Assembly: GCA_943350765.1 (NCBI GenBank)
Contig: CALRAJ010000003.1
Coordinates: forward strand, 65,456-129,455
Length of the DNA: 64,000 bases
Direction: 5' to 3'
Source of the DNA: Candidatus Tayloriibacteriota bacterium
GTDB taxonomy: Bacteria; Patescibacteriota; Minisyncoccia; Phycocordibacterales; PALSA-1337
Shown here one piece after another: positions 1 to 10,621 of the stretch. Position 1 is the stretch's first letter. The number at the start of each line of letters is the position of its first letter. Made by a program: the position numbers and the translations under genes. The notes beneath the pieces are model-generated. The model saw only the letters and a list, made by a program, of their open reading frames with translations, made no database searches and was not told the origin of the DNA.

Positions 1-424
1 TTTACTACAAACTTTTTAAAGTTCTCAAGTATCGCAGTCCAGCCAGCCCTCTGCATATCCTCGCTGTTTATTTCTTCAGGATAAAATGCTTCTTCTATTT
101 TTGTCGTACCATTTCCCAGATCAGTGAAAATGATTTCACATTCTCTGTGCTGATTTTCACCATCAGCCTTGTCCATAATGTATTTTATTTTATTAAACTC
201 TAAGATCTCAGTATATGTACCAGTAAAATCAAAAGAGACACTGCCATCTTTTGCGGACATTCTAGTCACAAATCTACCACCAACCTTTAAATCATTTTCA
301 GCATACGGACACTCCCAAGTGTCGCTAGCAAATGCCCAGCCTTTGATACTCTCGGTGTCATTCCAATGTTTCCAAACTTTTTTGATGTCAGCGTTTATTG
401 TGGTTTCTATGGTGATGATTTTCA
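1..424 (-). CDS. SRPBCC/AHSA1-like (Bet v1 fold) protein, partial (runs off window start)
   Basis: Not in the ORF track because there is no stop codon inside the window. Minus-strand ATG at 424-422. The reverse complement translates to MKIITIETTINADIKKVWKHWNDTESIKGWAFASDTWECPYAENDLKVGGRFVTRMSAKDGSVSFDFTGTYTEI..., which resembles activator-of-Hsp90-ATPase-homolog/SRPBCC proteins. The plus-strand ORF 169-441 looks spurious. Confidence 0.5.
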
Positions 425-626
425 TTTTATTTTTTACTTGAGTAGTTTACTATCTACTAGGTGATTGATTTTGCCATTTGGTTTAAAATTAACTATAAGT
501 AGTGACAGGGTATCACCCTTCAGATATTTTTCATCATCAGATCATTCTGCCTATGAAAAACAGGCAGTCACTATGACCTTGAATATTATTTAATAATATT
601 ATACCATAATAGAATAATATAAATAT

Positions 627-989
627 ATGAAAAAATATAAAATAATTTTTTGCATTACGACTAGTCTCATCTTTCTATTTGAAGGTGTGGTGCCAGCCCT
701 TACTTCTCAAAGCGAAATGTCCATTCAGGGGATAACACACCTAGGGTATCCTGTGTATTTTGTTACTTTACTTACACTTTTTAAAGTTTTGGGTGCATTT
801 GCTCTGATACTTCCACAAGTTTCAAAGTGTATAAAAGAGTGGGCATACGCGGGATTTGGTTTTGATTTTATTTTTGCTTTTATAAGTATTTGGATTGTCG
901 ATGGTTTTAGTGGTATCTTGCTAATACCCATCATAGCTATGATCACACTTGTACTTTCTTATAGGTCTTACCACGAATTAAATTCTTAG
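627..989 (+). CDS. DoxX-family small membrane protein
   Basis: 120 aa with 3-4 TM helices; the KEWAYAGFGFDF motif is typical of DoxX-like proteins. Confidence 0.5.
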   Translation: MKKYKIIFCITTSLIFLFEGVVPALTSQSEMSIQGITHLGYPVYFVTLLTLFKVLGAFALILPQVSKCIKEWAYAGFGFDFIFAFISIWIVDGFSGILLIPIIAMITLVLSYRSYHELNS

Positions 990-1051
990 TAGACAAGGGT
1001 ACTAGTATGGGCATTCTCATCAGAATATTTTGGTGATATAGTATAGTTTAT

Positions 1052-1378
1052 ATGAATACTATTATTTTACTGATTGTGGGAATCTTGATTGGGGTAGGCA
1101 TTTCGCGGTGGTGTCTTGCCAAGAAAAAAGGCGAAGAAAAAGATGGGTGTGGCACTCTGGTAAATACCAAACAAACCGATGAAAAAGAAAGGCGGAAAGC
1201 TGAGATTATGAAGCTGTTTGAGACACAGGAGGAGGTGCGAAACAGAGATGTCGAGACACTTTTTCAAGTGTCCGATGCGACCGCGACCAACTATTTGACC
1301 GAGCTTGAGACAGAAGGGAAAGTACGGCAAGTGGGGGTTTTTGGACCATTGGTATCGTATAAAAAAGTCATCGGCTAA
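1052..1378 (+). CDS. hypothetical protein, N-terminal TM helix plus C-terminal winged-helix-like segment
   Basis: 108 aa. N-terminal hydrophobic helix. The C-terminus DVETLFQVSDATATNYLTELETEGKVRQ looks like an HTH. Confidence 0.4.
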   Translation: MNTIILLIVGILIGVGISRWCLAKKKGEEKDGCGTLVNTKQTDEKERRKAEIMKLFETQEEVRNRDVETLFQVSDATATNYLTELETEGKVRQVGVFGPLVSYKKVIG

Positions 1379-1397
1379 ACCCCGTGTTTAGCCGATG
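1369..1397 (+). terminator. perfect hairpin catcggctaaac-cccgt-gtttagccgatg immediately after the stop codon
   Basis: Inverted repeat read directly. Member of the aaacggctaaacac...gtgtttagccgttt palindrome family (see also 21227, 34873). Confidence 0.5.
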
Positions 1398-1504
1398 AAA
1401 ATGGCTCTGTTGAGCCGTTTGTGTTTTTGGTCAGTTTTCTAATTTTAGCCATACTTATGAACCTTTACCAAAAACATATTTTACCAAAATTATTGAATTT
1501 TACG

Positions 1505-2068
1505 ATGCAGAGGTCGGAAATGGAGAAGCATCGACCTGATATTGTAGGGCAAGCCTCTGGGGTGGTGCTTGAAGTGGGTTTTGGCTCAGGGCTAAATCTG
1601 CCTTATTATAAAAATGTTAGTAAATTGTATGCTTTAGATCCATCACGGGAATTATACGACATAGCTAAGGATAGGGTAGAAAAGGCTTTATTTACGACAG
1701 AACATTTAGAAGCATCGGCAGAAAATATTCCACTTGCGAGCGGAACTATTGATTGTGTCGTTTCTACATGGAGTCTATGTAGTATTCCAAATCCAGAAAT
1801 AGCTCTCGGGGAGATTTTTAGGGTTTTGAAATCTGGTGGCAGGTTTATGTTTATTGAGCATGGTAAGTCACCGATAATCTTTGTTGGAAAAATACAGAAA
1901 TTATTTACACCTATTTCAAAATGTGTCGCTGGCGGTTGCCATATGGATAGGGATATAGAAAAAATGATAAAAAATGCTGGTTTTGAGATCCAAAAGCTTG
2001 AAAAGTTTCAGCAAAAGTTTAAACCTTTGGCTTTTATGTACAAAGGTGTGGCTGCGGTAAAAAAGTAG
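1505..2068 (+). CDS. class I SAM-dependent methyltransferase
   Basis: VLEVGFGSGLN is a glycine-rich motif I. The first in-frame ATG downstream of the terminator hairpin, at 1505, is chosen over the track start at 1421. Confidence 0.7.
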   Translation: MQRSEMEKHRPDIVGQASGVVLEVGFGSGLNLPYYKNVSKLYALDPSRELYDIAKDRVEKALFTTEHLEASAENIPLASGTIDCVVSTWSLCSIPNPEIALGEIFRVLKSGGRFMFIEHGKSPIIFVGKIQKLFTPISKCVAGGCHMDRDIEKMIKNAGFEIQKLEKFQQKFKPLAFMYKGVAAVKK

Positions 2069-2099
2069 CTATTTTATTGTAAACTATTTTAATTTTCTT

Positions 2100-2507
2100 A
2101 TGTTACAGTGGATAAAAACCAGAATAAGGGTAAGGCGAAGGAGATTAAAACCGACTAAAAGTGCTAGGAAAGCTGGGTTACTGAAACACGGGGAGGAAGC
2201 AAGAAATCTGGTACATGAAAAGCTGGTCTATTGGAATAAGTTTTATGGATACAAGTACAATCGTGTTTTTATAAGATTTCAGACTACTAGGTGGGGGAGT
2301 TGCTCGAGTAAAGGTAATTTAAATTTTAATTGCAAAATCGTGTTGCTTTCGCCAGCTCAGGCTGACTACCTTATTGTTCATGAACTTTGCCATTTGGGCG
2401 AGTTCAATCATTCATCTAAGTTCTGGGATTTGGTTGGAAAAACTATTCCAAACTACAAAGAGTTACGAGGGGAAATTAGGAAAGTTGACTTAAGACTTTT
2501 GGGTTGA
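2100..2507 (+). CDS. YgjP-like (DUF45/M48-family) metal-dependent hydrolase
   Basis: WGSCS...HELCHL..NHS..FW motif block. Confidence 0.65.
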   Translation: MLQWIKTRIRVRRRRLKPTKSARKAGLLKHGEEARNLVHEKLVYWNKFYGYKYNRVFIRFQTTRWGSCSSKGNLNFNCKIVLLSPAQADYLIVHELCHLGEFNHSSKFWDLVGKTIPNYKELRGEIRKVDLRLLG

Positions 2508-2580
2508 TGGGGGAGGGCTATGGGTGTACACAAAAGTTAGATCAGTAGTATACTAAGGATATTAGCTAAAATTACAAATA

Positions 2581-2692
2581 CCTTTCTTAGCATATCTTTT
2601 TGAAAGCACGAGTATTTCTTTGCTAAGAAATCTCTCAAGTCTCAGCTACCCGCTTCCGAAGTCTTTCAAAAAGATACGCCTGCGACGGTATT
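2581..2692 (+). repeat. MITE-like structured repeat, family F1 copy A
   Basis: Shares the core agcatatctttttgaaagcacgagtatttc...tctcaagtctcagctacccgcttccgaagtc...aaaagatacgcc with 27990-28112, 40420-40557(-), 47851-47991 and 53969-54050(-). Confidence 0.6.
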
Positions 2693-2730
2693 TTGTAATT
2701 TTGGGTATATTATTAATTATAAATACAATC

Positions 2731-3333
2731 ATGTCTAAAAAATATATTGCAGAATTTATTGGAACATTTACACTTTCGTTTATTGTTTTGGTTGCGGTGG
2801 CTCACAAAGGTGGTTTGCCTATGGCGATACCACTTATTGCTGGACTCACCCTGGCACTTTTTGTATATTCGATCGGGTCTATTTCCGGATGTCATATCAA
2901 TCCGTCAGTTACTATTGGACAGCTGTCGGTCGGCAAGATTTCTGGTAAAAATGCTTTAAATTATATTATCGCTCAGATTTTGGGTGCGGTAGGTGCTATA
3001 TTTGTGGCTAAAATGCTTTCGATTGCTAGTCCAATGTCAGCGAGTGATTTCAGTAGCAAGGCATTTTTGGCTGAGGCCCTTGGCGCCTTTTTCTTTAACT
3101 TTGGGATTGCCTCTGTGGTATATGGAAAAGCCAAGGAGCAGATGTCGGGTCTAGTGGTGGGAGGGTCATTACTTTTAGGAGTGCTTATTGCATCGCTTTC
3201 AGGCGCTTCGGGAATACTCAATCCTGCTGTAGCACTGGCACTAAACTCACTTTCAGTTGTATATATCCTTGCACCTATTGTTGGTGCGATACTTGGTTTT
3301 CAGGTGTACAGATTTGTGGCTGAGGAAAAATAA
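2731..3333 (+). CDS. MIP-family channel (aquaporin / glycerol facilitator)
   Basis: SGCHINPSVT and LNPAVALA are the two NPA-type boxes; 6 TM helices. ATG at 2731 follows the F1 repeat; the track start at 2620 lies inside the repeat. Confidence 0.8.
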   Translation: MSKKYIAEFIGTFTLSFIVLVAVAHKGGLPMAIPLIAGLTLALFVYSIGSISGCHINPSVTIGQLSVGKISGKNALNYIIAQILGAVGAIFVAKMLSIASPMSASDFSSKAFLAEALGAFFFNFGIASVVYGKAKEQMSGLVVGGSLLLGVLIASLSGASGILNPAVALALNSLSVVYILAPIVGAILGFQVYRFVAEEK

Positions 3334-3341
3334 AATAAAAA

Positions 3342-3366
3342 GCAGGCGGTCTTGTGGACGGCCTGC
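3342..3366. terminator. bidirectional hairpin between convergent genes
   Basis: gcaggcggtc ttgt ggacggcctgc inverted repeat. Confidence 0.4.
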
Positions 3367-3371
3367 GGGAG

Positions 3372-3689
3372 CTACTTAACCTGTTTTGGCTTTTGACCTG
3401 TGGATTTGGGACTCTTCCTTCGGACGAAGCGATACTTGAAGATTCCGTCTTCGTTGACTAGCAACTCTGCCGTCAAACCAAACAGCTCGGCGAACATACA
3501 GGACAGGTCGTTTATTTGACCGATAGTCGCCACCAAGTAGAATTTATCATCCCCGTCTACCTTGACGATTTTTCTACCAGCTCTGAAAAACGCAACTGTG
3601 TTTGCACCTGCATCCCATGTACAAGTATCCCCGTGTTTCAGACGAGTTCGGGTCAGCTTACCATTACCATTATTGCTTTCAAGATACAT
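3372..3689 (-). CDS. hypothetical protein with Lys-rich C-terminus
   Basis: 105 aa ORF flanked by terminators on both sides. No recognisable motif. Confidence 0.3.
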   Translation of the reverse strand: MYLESNNGNGKLTRTRLKHGDTCTWDAGANTVAFFRAGRKIVKVDGDDKFYLVATIGQINDLSCMFAELFGLTAELLVNEDGIFKYRFVRRKSPKSTGQKPKQVK

Positions 3690-3790
3690 TCCATACCCTT
3701 TCCTTTTGGTTGTTTCTTCTCAAAGACCTCACTGCTTAGTATAGCATTAAACACCATGGCTTGTCAAGTCTTTTGTTTGTAAAATAAAAA

Positions 3791-3812
3791 TCCCCACATA
3801 AAAAATAGGGGA
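3791..3812 (-). terminator. hairpin tccccacataaaaaatagggga plus T-tract on the minus strand
   Basis: Lies downstream of the minus-strand desaturase gene. Confidence 0.4.
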
Positions 3813-3833
3813 TATGTGTCACTTATGAAGGTT

Positions 3834-4766
3834 TTATACCGCATGTTTTTCTACCCTTACTCCTGCCATAACCTTGGCTATTTCTTCTCTGGTTGGGGCT
3901 TTTACATCCCATACTAGACCGAGTTTTTTAAGTAAGCAAATAAACCACCAGCTCGGGTCAATCTGCCACCAAAATAGACCTTGTTTTGCAGACCATTGCC
4001 ATTTGTGATGATTATTGTGCCAGCCTTCACCAAAAGCAAATATCGCACAAAGGAGATTGTTACGACTGTGGTCGCCCGTAGCAAAGGGTCGCGTTCCCCA
4101 GAGATGGCAAATGGAGTTGATGCTCCATGTGATATGGTGTACTAGGCATACCCTTACAAAAAACCCCCACAGAAGTCCGAGTACTGCCCCTTCCCACGAA
4201 AAGCTGGTGAGTACCCAGCCAAAGAGTGTTGGAAGTAATGCACTCAAGATAATCCAAGAGACAAAATGACGATCTAGAAAAACAGAAATAGGGTCATTTC
4301 GAAGTCGTTGTATGGCGTATCTTTCTTCAGGCTTACCGACACTAAATATCCAGCCAGTGTGAGAATGCCAAAGTCCTCGTAGACTATTCCAAAAACCTTT
4401 TCCCTGTAGATGGGGAGAATGGTCATCACCCTCCGTATCACTGTGTACATGGTGCTTTCGATGCCGAAAACACCACTCAAACAAGCTACCATTTAATGCC
4501 ATTCCACCTGCGATTCCGAGCAAAAGTCGTATAGTGGGGTAGGTTTTAAATGAGTTGTGTGTAAAGAGACGATGGTAACCCACCGTGATTCCACCTAGTC
4601 CTGTGATAATATAAAACAGGATAAGGTTGCTGAGTTCTACTCTAGTAATACCCCAGCCCCACATTCTGATCATTGCCACAAGTACTCCTAAGAGAGGTAG
4701 AAATACCGCAACAAAAACCATTATTTTTTCAAGCGAAACTGGCCGAGTTTTATTCAAGGTTTTCAT
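3834..4766 (-). CDS. acyl-CoA (stearoyl) delta-9 fatty-acid desaturase
   Basis: Three His boxes (HRLFTH, HRKHH, HNNHH) and four TM segments. Confidence 0.85.
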   Translation of the reverse strand: MKTLNKTRPVSLEKIMVFVAVFLPLLGVLVAMIRMWGWGITRVELSNLILFYIITGLGGITVGYHRLFTHNSFKTYPTIRLLLGIAGGMALNGSLFEWCFRHRKHHVHSDTEGDDHSPHLQGKGFWNSLRGLWHSHTGWIFSVGKPEERYAIQRLRNDPISVFLDRHFVSWIILSALLPTLFGWVLTSFSWEGAVLGLLWGFFVRVCLVHHITWSINSICHLWGTRPFATGDHSRNNLLCAIFAFGEGWHNNHHKWQWSAKQGLFWWQIDPSWWFICLLKKLGLVWDVKAPTREEIAKVMAGVRVEKHAV

Positions 4767-4844
4767 AGTCAGGTTTAGGTTTTGTCGATGAGCCGTCCGT
4801 CATAAGTATATCAAAGTTAGTGCGTATATACGATTATTATAAAT

Positions 4845-6155
4845 GTGTTGTATACTAAACATACAGTGGAAAAAAGTAAAAAAGATTTCAATGGACTAAT
4901 TGTCGCTAGTATTGTTGGAGGTGTTTTTGTGATTGCACTTGGAGTTTTTTATATTTTTCCAAACCAGATACTGTACGCATTAGTGGCAATCAAAGGGGCG
5001 GGTATTCAGCTGGCGTCTGTTGTCCTGAGGCATGATTTTAGGTCTGTGGCAGAAATTAAATCTAATTATGCTGATGCAATAAATACCAATAGCTCCCTAC
5101 AAACCCAAAAGAAGGTCCGTATACTTATAGTTCCTGGACATGAGCCAGGCTATGGTGGCTCAGAGTACGCCTCCCTAAAAGAGAGGGATATGACCGTAGA
5201 GCTGGGCATGTATTTGCGAAAGTTTTTGGAAAATGATTCTCATTACGAAGTCTTTATTACTCGTGATACAGAAGTCTGGCATCCAGACTTTACAATGTAT
5301 TTTAAAAATAATTGGACTGATATTGCGGAATGGACAAAGGCGTCTCGAGAGGAATTTTCTAGTTTGGTGTCATTGGGATCGGTGGCGAGAACAGTTTCGA
5401 CGGTCGTACATAACAACGCTCCTAAATCCGTCGCACTTCGTCTCTATGGTATTACCAAGTGGGCAAATGAGAATGCAATCGACATCACTATCCATATCCA
5501 TTTTAATGACAACCCTAGACGCAATACAAGTATAGCTGGTAAGTACTCTGGTTTTTCAATATATGTGCCAGCAAGCCAGTACGGCAATAGTTCGACCACA
5601 AGGGTTATTGCAAGTACGATTTTTAATCGTTTGGGAAAGTACAATTCAGTCAGCAATCTCAAGGGGGAATCAGTTGGAATTATCGATGAGCCAGATTTGA
5701 TCGCTATAGGGGCAAATAACACAGCCGATTCAGCGAGTATGTTGATTGAGTATAGTTATATTTATGAGCCACAATTTCAGGATTCACAAGTGAGTAGTTT
5801 GGCAATAAAAGATTTAGCATTTCAGACATACTTAGGTCTGCAGGACTTTTTTGACCCGAGTACTTCTGCTACACGGAGTCTACCTGACACATCTATTTTG
5901 CCTTATGAGTGGAGTGGTACTTTGTTGGATTATAATTCCTCAGGTCAAGAAGTGTATGCTTTGCAGACAGCAATGATGGGTGATGGCGTCTATCCTCCTC
6001 TCGGTAAAGATAAAAACGATTGTTCTCGAAGTGGTGGTTTTGGTCCTTGTACGCGAGCCTCGCTTGAAGCTTTTCAAAATAAGTACAAAATCACTGGTGA
6101 AACAGGGGTGGTAGGGAAGAAGACCTTGGTGGTGTTGAAGGGGTTGGATTTATAG
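4845..6155 (+). CDS. cell-wall amidase (N-acetylmuramoyl-L-alanine amidase-like) with C-terminal peptidoglycan-binding domain
   Basis: N-terminal TM anchor. Amidase_3-like IHIHFND motif. The C-terminal GQEVYALQTAMMGDG...LEAFQNKYKITGETGVVGKKTL resembles PG_binding_1. Confidence 0.55.
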   Translation: MLYTKHTVEKSKKDFNGLIVASIVGGVFVIALGVFYIFPNQILYALVAIKGAGIQLASVVLRHDFRSVAEIKSNYADAINTNSSLQTQKKVRILIVPGHEPGYGGSEYASLKERDMTVELGMYLRKFLENDSHYEVFITRDTEVWHPDFTMYFKNNWTDIAEWTKASREEFSSLVSLGSVARTVSTVVHNNAPKSVALRLYGITKWANENAIDITIHIHFNDNPRRNTSIAGKYSGFSIYVPASQYGNSSTTRVIASTIFNRLGKYNSVSNLKGESVGIIDEPDLIAIGANNTADSASMLIEYSYIYEPQFQDSQVSSLAIKDLAFQTYLGLQDFFDPSTSATRSLPDTSILPYEWSGTLLDYNSSGQEVYALQTAMMGDGVYPPLGKDKNDCSRSGGFGPCTRASLEAFQNKYKITGETGVVGKKTLVVLKGLDL

Positions 6156-6204
6156 GCATTTTTTTGTAGTTGCACTTTATTAATCAGAGTACTATAATAT
6201 CAGT

Positions 6205-6795
6205 ATGAAAGAATTCTTAAAGAAAAACTTTGCGATACTTCTAGCTTTTATACTGCCTATATTACTTATAATAATCGTGGCTTTGACAGCATATCTTCCG
6301 TCACTTTTTCTTTCCACAAATTATAATTTTGTCTATACCTCATGTACAGACGGTAGGGGCTACTACCCATATCCATGCGCCAACTATCTTCAGAAACGCT
6401 ATTCTGTAGTAGATAATAAATTAGTCACAAATCCTGTCGATACCACTCAAGATTCTGATAAAAATGGTGTGCCAGACTTTAGTGAAAAGTACTCTGACAG
6501 AATCTTTTTGCACGATACAAAAAAGAATGAAAGCAGAGAGATAACCCTAAAAGAGGCACAGCTACTCACCCTAAATGATCTTTTGACCTCAGCTGATGGA
6601 GTTACTGTTTCTAGTGCGTATGATAGGAGGGGTAATGACTTTTCATTTATTTTTGGTGGAGGATCCTCTACCTATGGTTACTATCTTACAAAAGGGAATA
6701 GCCGTAGTAAAATAAACCTCATAAACAGTAGTGATCAGTATTATTACCAAAACAATTTCCAATTTATGGGCTGGGTATTACCAGGTAGAAATTAA
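6205..6795 (+). CDS. hypothetical membrane-anchored protein
   Basis: N-terminal TM helix only. Confidence 0.35.
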   Translation: MKEFLKKNFAILLAFILPILLIIIVALTAYLPSLFLSTNYNFVYTSCTDGRGYYPYPCANYLQKRYSVVDNKLVTNPVDTTQDSDKNGVPDFSEKYSDRIFLHDTKKNESREITLKEAQLLTLNDLLTSADGVTVSSAYDRRGNDFSFIFGGGSSTYGYYLTKGNSRSKINLINSSDQYYYQNNFQFMGWVLPGRN

Positions 6796-6818
6796 TAGTA
6801 GTAAGCACTAAATTTATT

Positions 6819-7799
6819 ATGAATAAAGAAGAATTATTTCAAGAGCTTTCGAGTAAAATAAGTACAGGTGAGATACAGCGTGATGAGCTGGTTAGCCGTT
6901 TTGGATTTTCGTCAGTAATGCAAGGGGGGAGTAAAGCGGAAGTTTCTAGTAACTCCGCAACATTCTCCGTAACAAAAATGCTTTATTTTTTGGGTGCAGC
7001 TATTGCAGTTGTCGGTATTATTATTTTTGTTTCCCAAATCTGGTCTGACATAGGATCTTTTGGACGCATATCGGTTACATTAGGTCTCGGTTTTGTTATC
7101 ACAGCTGTAGGATCATTGCTTTTAAATCAAAAGCCAAATGACAATATTGGGTCAGTTTTTCATTTTATTGGTGGAATGTTGGTCCCTGGGGGCGCGATGG
7201 TTACTCTTACTGAGTTGAGTACAGGACAGGATACTTTGTGGCCGGTTGCCTTTACATTTGGAGTAGTATTTGTATTTTATTTGTTATTAAACTTTGTCCA
7301 CAAAACTGCTATTCTAACTTTCTTTGCTATAGCAAACGGCACCGCCTTTGTGTACTTGCTCGTGGGCGCTATTACTGATGGTTCAATTTATATGAATGGT
7401 GATTTGTACGCCTATCTTACTATGGTAATAGGTGTGAGTTATATCTTACTAGCATACGCTTTTCGTGAAGGTTGGAATAATAAGCTTGTTTGGATTCTTT
7501 ATAATTTTGGTATCACGGGTTTCCTGGGAGCAGCTTTTACCCAAGTATTTGATTCTGTTATATGGCAAATGCTCTATTTCCTCCTTATAATCCTAGGCTT
7601 TTTTATAGCCGTGTCTATGAAAAGTCGTGGTATTTTAACTATCAGCACACTTTTTCTTATTGGTCATGTTTCGTATATTACTAGCGAATATTTTGCTGAT
7701 TCTATTGGCTGGCCTATTTCCCTTGTTATACTGGGCTTTGTTTTTATAGCTCTCGGATACGCTTCTATCTCTATCAATAAAAATTATATTGCAAAATAG
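6819..7799 (+). CDS. hypothetical polytopic membrane protein
   Basis: 326 aa with about 8 hydrophobic helices. Confidence 0.4.
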   Translation: MNKEELFQELSSKISTGEIQRDELVSRFGFSSVMQGGSKAEVSSNSATFSVTKMLYFLGAAIAVVGIIIFVSQIWSDIGSFGRISVTLGLGFVITAVGSLLLNQKPNDNIGSVFHFIGGMLVPGGAMVTLTELSTGQDTLWPVAFTFGVVFVFYLLLNFVHKTAILTFFAIANGTAFVYLLVGAITDGSIYMNGDLYAYLTMVIGVSYILLAYAFREGWNNKLVWILYNFGITGFLGAAFTQVFDSVIWQMLYFLLIILGFFIAVSMKSRGILTISTLFLIGHVSYITSEYFADSIGWPISLVILGFVFIALGYASISINKNYIAK

Positions 7800-7837
7800 G
7801 TGCAAAAACTGTTTTTGCTTGTTTTTCCATTACAATT

Positions 7838-7873
7838 TGAACGGCTCAACAGCCCTGTTGAGCCGTTCAAATG
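7838..7873 (+). terminator. palindromic hairpin tttgaacggctcaacag-ccc-tgttgagccgttcaaa
   Basis: Perfect inverted repeat. Same family as 29885-29925. Confidence 0.5.
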
Positions 7874-7984
7874 GCTCCATATAGCCACTTTCTAGGAACC
7901 ACTGATCCATTAGACGCGAGTGACCTTTTTTCAGGTTGCGTTAGGTATTTTGTGTCATATTGACCGATGTGCTATAGTTTATGT

Positions 7985-8740
7985 ATGTTAGAAAAATACC
8001 TTCAAGAAATAGGGCTTAATGAAAAAGAGGCGAGCGTGTACCTAGCCTTACTCCAATACGAAAATGCTTCAGCGATTGATATTTCTGAAAAAACTAAGAT
8101 CAACCGTTCGACCACATACACAGTTTTGGAATCACTGGCAAAAAAGGGTCTAGTAAGTGAGACGACCGTAGGTGTAAAAACTCGATATCACGCAGAATCA
8201 CCAGAGCGTTTGGAGTCTTTTGTTGAAAGACAAAAAGTTATTCTAGAGGAACACTCAAAGCGCTTAAAGGACATTATTCCACAGATCAAGAGTGTGCAGA
8301 GAGAGAGCGGAGAAAAACCGATCGTTCAGTATTATGATGGAAGGGAGGGTATTATTACCTCAGCAGAAAGACTCTATGAGAAAAATGATGAGGGCGGGGA
8401 AGTCTATTTGATGTACTCACGCGACCTGATTACAGATATTTTTTCAGAAACTGAAAATAAAAAATATAGAAAAATAAGACTTGATAAGGGTATTAAGTCC
8501 AAGGTTCTGTACACATACAAAACAGGTGAGCTAAAATCCGATGAAATGGGCGACAGAGTAAAGATTGATGGCGAAAAGTACCCAATAAAATGTGATATTG
8601 CAATATATAAGGATAGAGTACGAATAAACACTCTCACAAAATCTTTATCTAGCGTTTTTATTAAGAGTCAGGATTTGGCGGATACTCTGCGAAGCCTATT
8701 CGACCTAGCACATGATTATATAAAAAAAAGTCGGCCATAG
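7985..8740 (+). CDS. TrmB-family transcriptional regulator
   Basis: N-terminal wHTH LNEKEASVYLALLQYENASAIDISEKTKINRSTTYTVLESLAKKGLV. Start taken at MLEKY. Confidence 0.7.
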   Translation: MLEKYLQEIGLNEKEASVYLALLQYENASAIDISEKTKINRSTTYTVLESLAKKGLVSETTVGVKTRYHAESPERLESFVERQKVILEEHSKRLKDIIPQIKSVQRESGEKPIVQYYDGREGIITSAERLYEKNDEGGEVYLMYSRDLITDIFSETENKKYRKIRLDKGIKSKVLYTYKTGELKSDEMGDRVKIDGEKYPIKCDIAIYKDRVRINTLTKSLSSVFIKSQDLADTLRSLFDLAHDYIKKSRP

Positions 8741-10220
8741 TTACCTATGACCGACTCGCGTACTAGCTTTTAGTATAAATCTATTTCCGATGCCCTTTTC
8801 GTGCTAATCAGAATGATTTTACTAACCAATGAGGTGATTTTTCCCCTAATCAGACTTCACCATAGACTTTACCTTGCCTGCTGGGGTTTTCCCCTTAATC
8901 GGACTCGCCGCTGTGCTGCATAATAGGCCTTTTGGCTTGTTGTTTGTGGTGTGCCTGAGAGAACTCGACTGGAGTGGGCTTCCAATACCGTGTTCTAGTG
9001 CCAATGAGGTCCACTAGAACACGGTACTTTCTGCCTAGCTTAGTCGCTCATTGTGTCCTCCTTTGGCTACAGGTGGCTAGTATTGCCGGCGTCTCATGAC
9101 ACCACCACCCTACATCCAAAAGACAGTATATACTATCTGCGGTACATTTGTCAAGTATTACTAACATTTTTCATGACTAAGGCTATATTACTAGCCATAT
9201 TTTCATATAAATCAACGATTAATAGCCATTTTAAGTGTTTTTAATAAATGACAGAATTATTTTATTAAGAATTATAAAAATAATATGTCAAAGAAATACT
9301 AATAATGTTATATCTCAATAACACTTATATATGTATAAATAGCTTTAAATAAGGATATCATGGTATTTAAAAACGAGAAGTGTCAAAAAGGCTTGACAAA
9401 AATACTGTATCGTGTATACTCATGCACAGATTGATTTTTGATTGCGTTGGGTACTTCTTTGTGTTTCTTTAAAAAACTTCTCGGCCTCCCAGTAATACAG
9501 TGGGGTTTTAAAGAGAACATTTTTGAGAAGCACAAAGAAGTATCCAATTTTATACCAAAATGCACATCATGAGTGATGGCACAACCATGACCCACGCTGA
9601 GTGGCTCGCATGGTTGCGCGGGGAGTAGAAGTACTTCCTATGCTGCGATTGCAGAAATGTGATACGCGGGGTTTGGGTGTCTACCTGGCAAAATAAGGAC
9701 ACAGCAGATCAGAAACAATCAACGGAGAATTTTAAGATTCTCCACTTCATTGGGTTTACAACATTGTGTTGCAAATCCATAGAGTTTAGCTCTTTGAATA
9801 AAAACATTAGGTGTCTGCACTAAATTGTGTTTATGAGAAATGAGAAAGTATAAACATAGCTTAGTGCAGATACTTTGCATGTATCCGAGCACCAGTATCA
9901 CTGATGTGGTGATACGAAGGAAAGTAGGTATATCGTTTGTCGATCCAACAAACTCGCAGGGGGAAATCCTCGGAGTATTGATGGTTGATAAACGAGCCTG
10001 ACGGTACAGAGAACGGCTCTGATTACCGGACTTACTGAGCCCTAAACAGTTATTAGGCTGTTATGGGGGAGGGTAATAACTCCCGCTGACGAAAAGCTAT
10101 CGTCAGTACTTGGTGGATGAATGATCCCAGTGGATCGTTCGGAGGTTGTAGATAGGTCGCGACCTGTCTAGCCTCCACTGCATATAGTTTATTTCGATGC
10201 CCCCAGACACATGGTCTGGG

Positions 10221-10296
10221 TTCTGTCCGAGAGTATTTGCTCTCGCTGATGAGTCCGACCTATAGCGTAAAACGCTTGGCCATGAGGACGAAACAG
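10221..10296 (+). ncRNA. hammerhead ribozyme motif HHR1 (type-III-like topology)
   Basis: cuGUC | stem I cgagaguauuugcucucg | CUGAUGA | stem II gucc...ggac | GAAAC | ag. Predicted cleavage after C10227. Confidence 0.6.
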
Positions 10297-10621
10297 AATG
10301 TTCTTTAAAATAAGTACATCTACGCAAATAGTGTTTGAAATATCGATCACTGCTTGCGCAGATGTACATAGAAGACATCAAAGCGCCCACGGGCGACCGT
10401 GAGCACTTGATATTTGGAGCAAAATAAGGGCGTTGACCTTTATTTTGGAACCATGCAACTTCCGATTCATTTCGGAAGGCTTTTTTCAAGTTAAATCAGC
10501 TTCATTGCTGGATGTTGGATGATCACCGACAGGTAACCACTCGAATATTATTTGAGTGAACCACTTCTAGACTTCCTCCTTCGTAAATCCTGCCTAACTT
10601 CGGGTATAGGTTGAAGGGGGT

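Noticed and set aside
169-441. Plus-strand 90-aa ORF from the track
   Set aside because: Odd hydrophobic or low-complexity composition. The opposite strand encodes a well-formed SRPBCC-like protein that runs off the window.
10103-10489. Minus-strand 128-aa ORF
   Set aside because: It lies antisense across hammerhead motif HHR1 and the surrounding hairpins. No coding signature.
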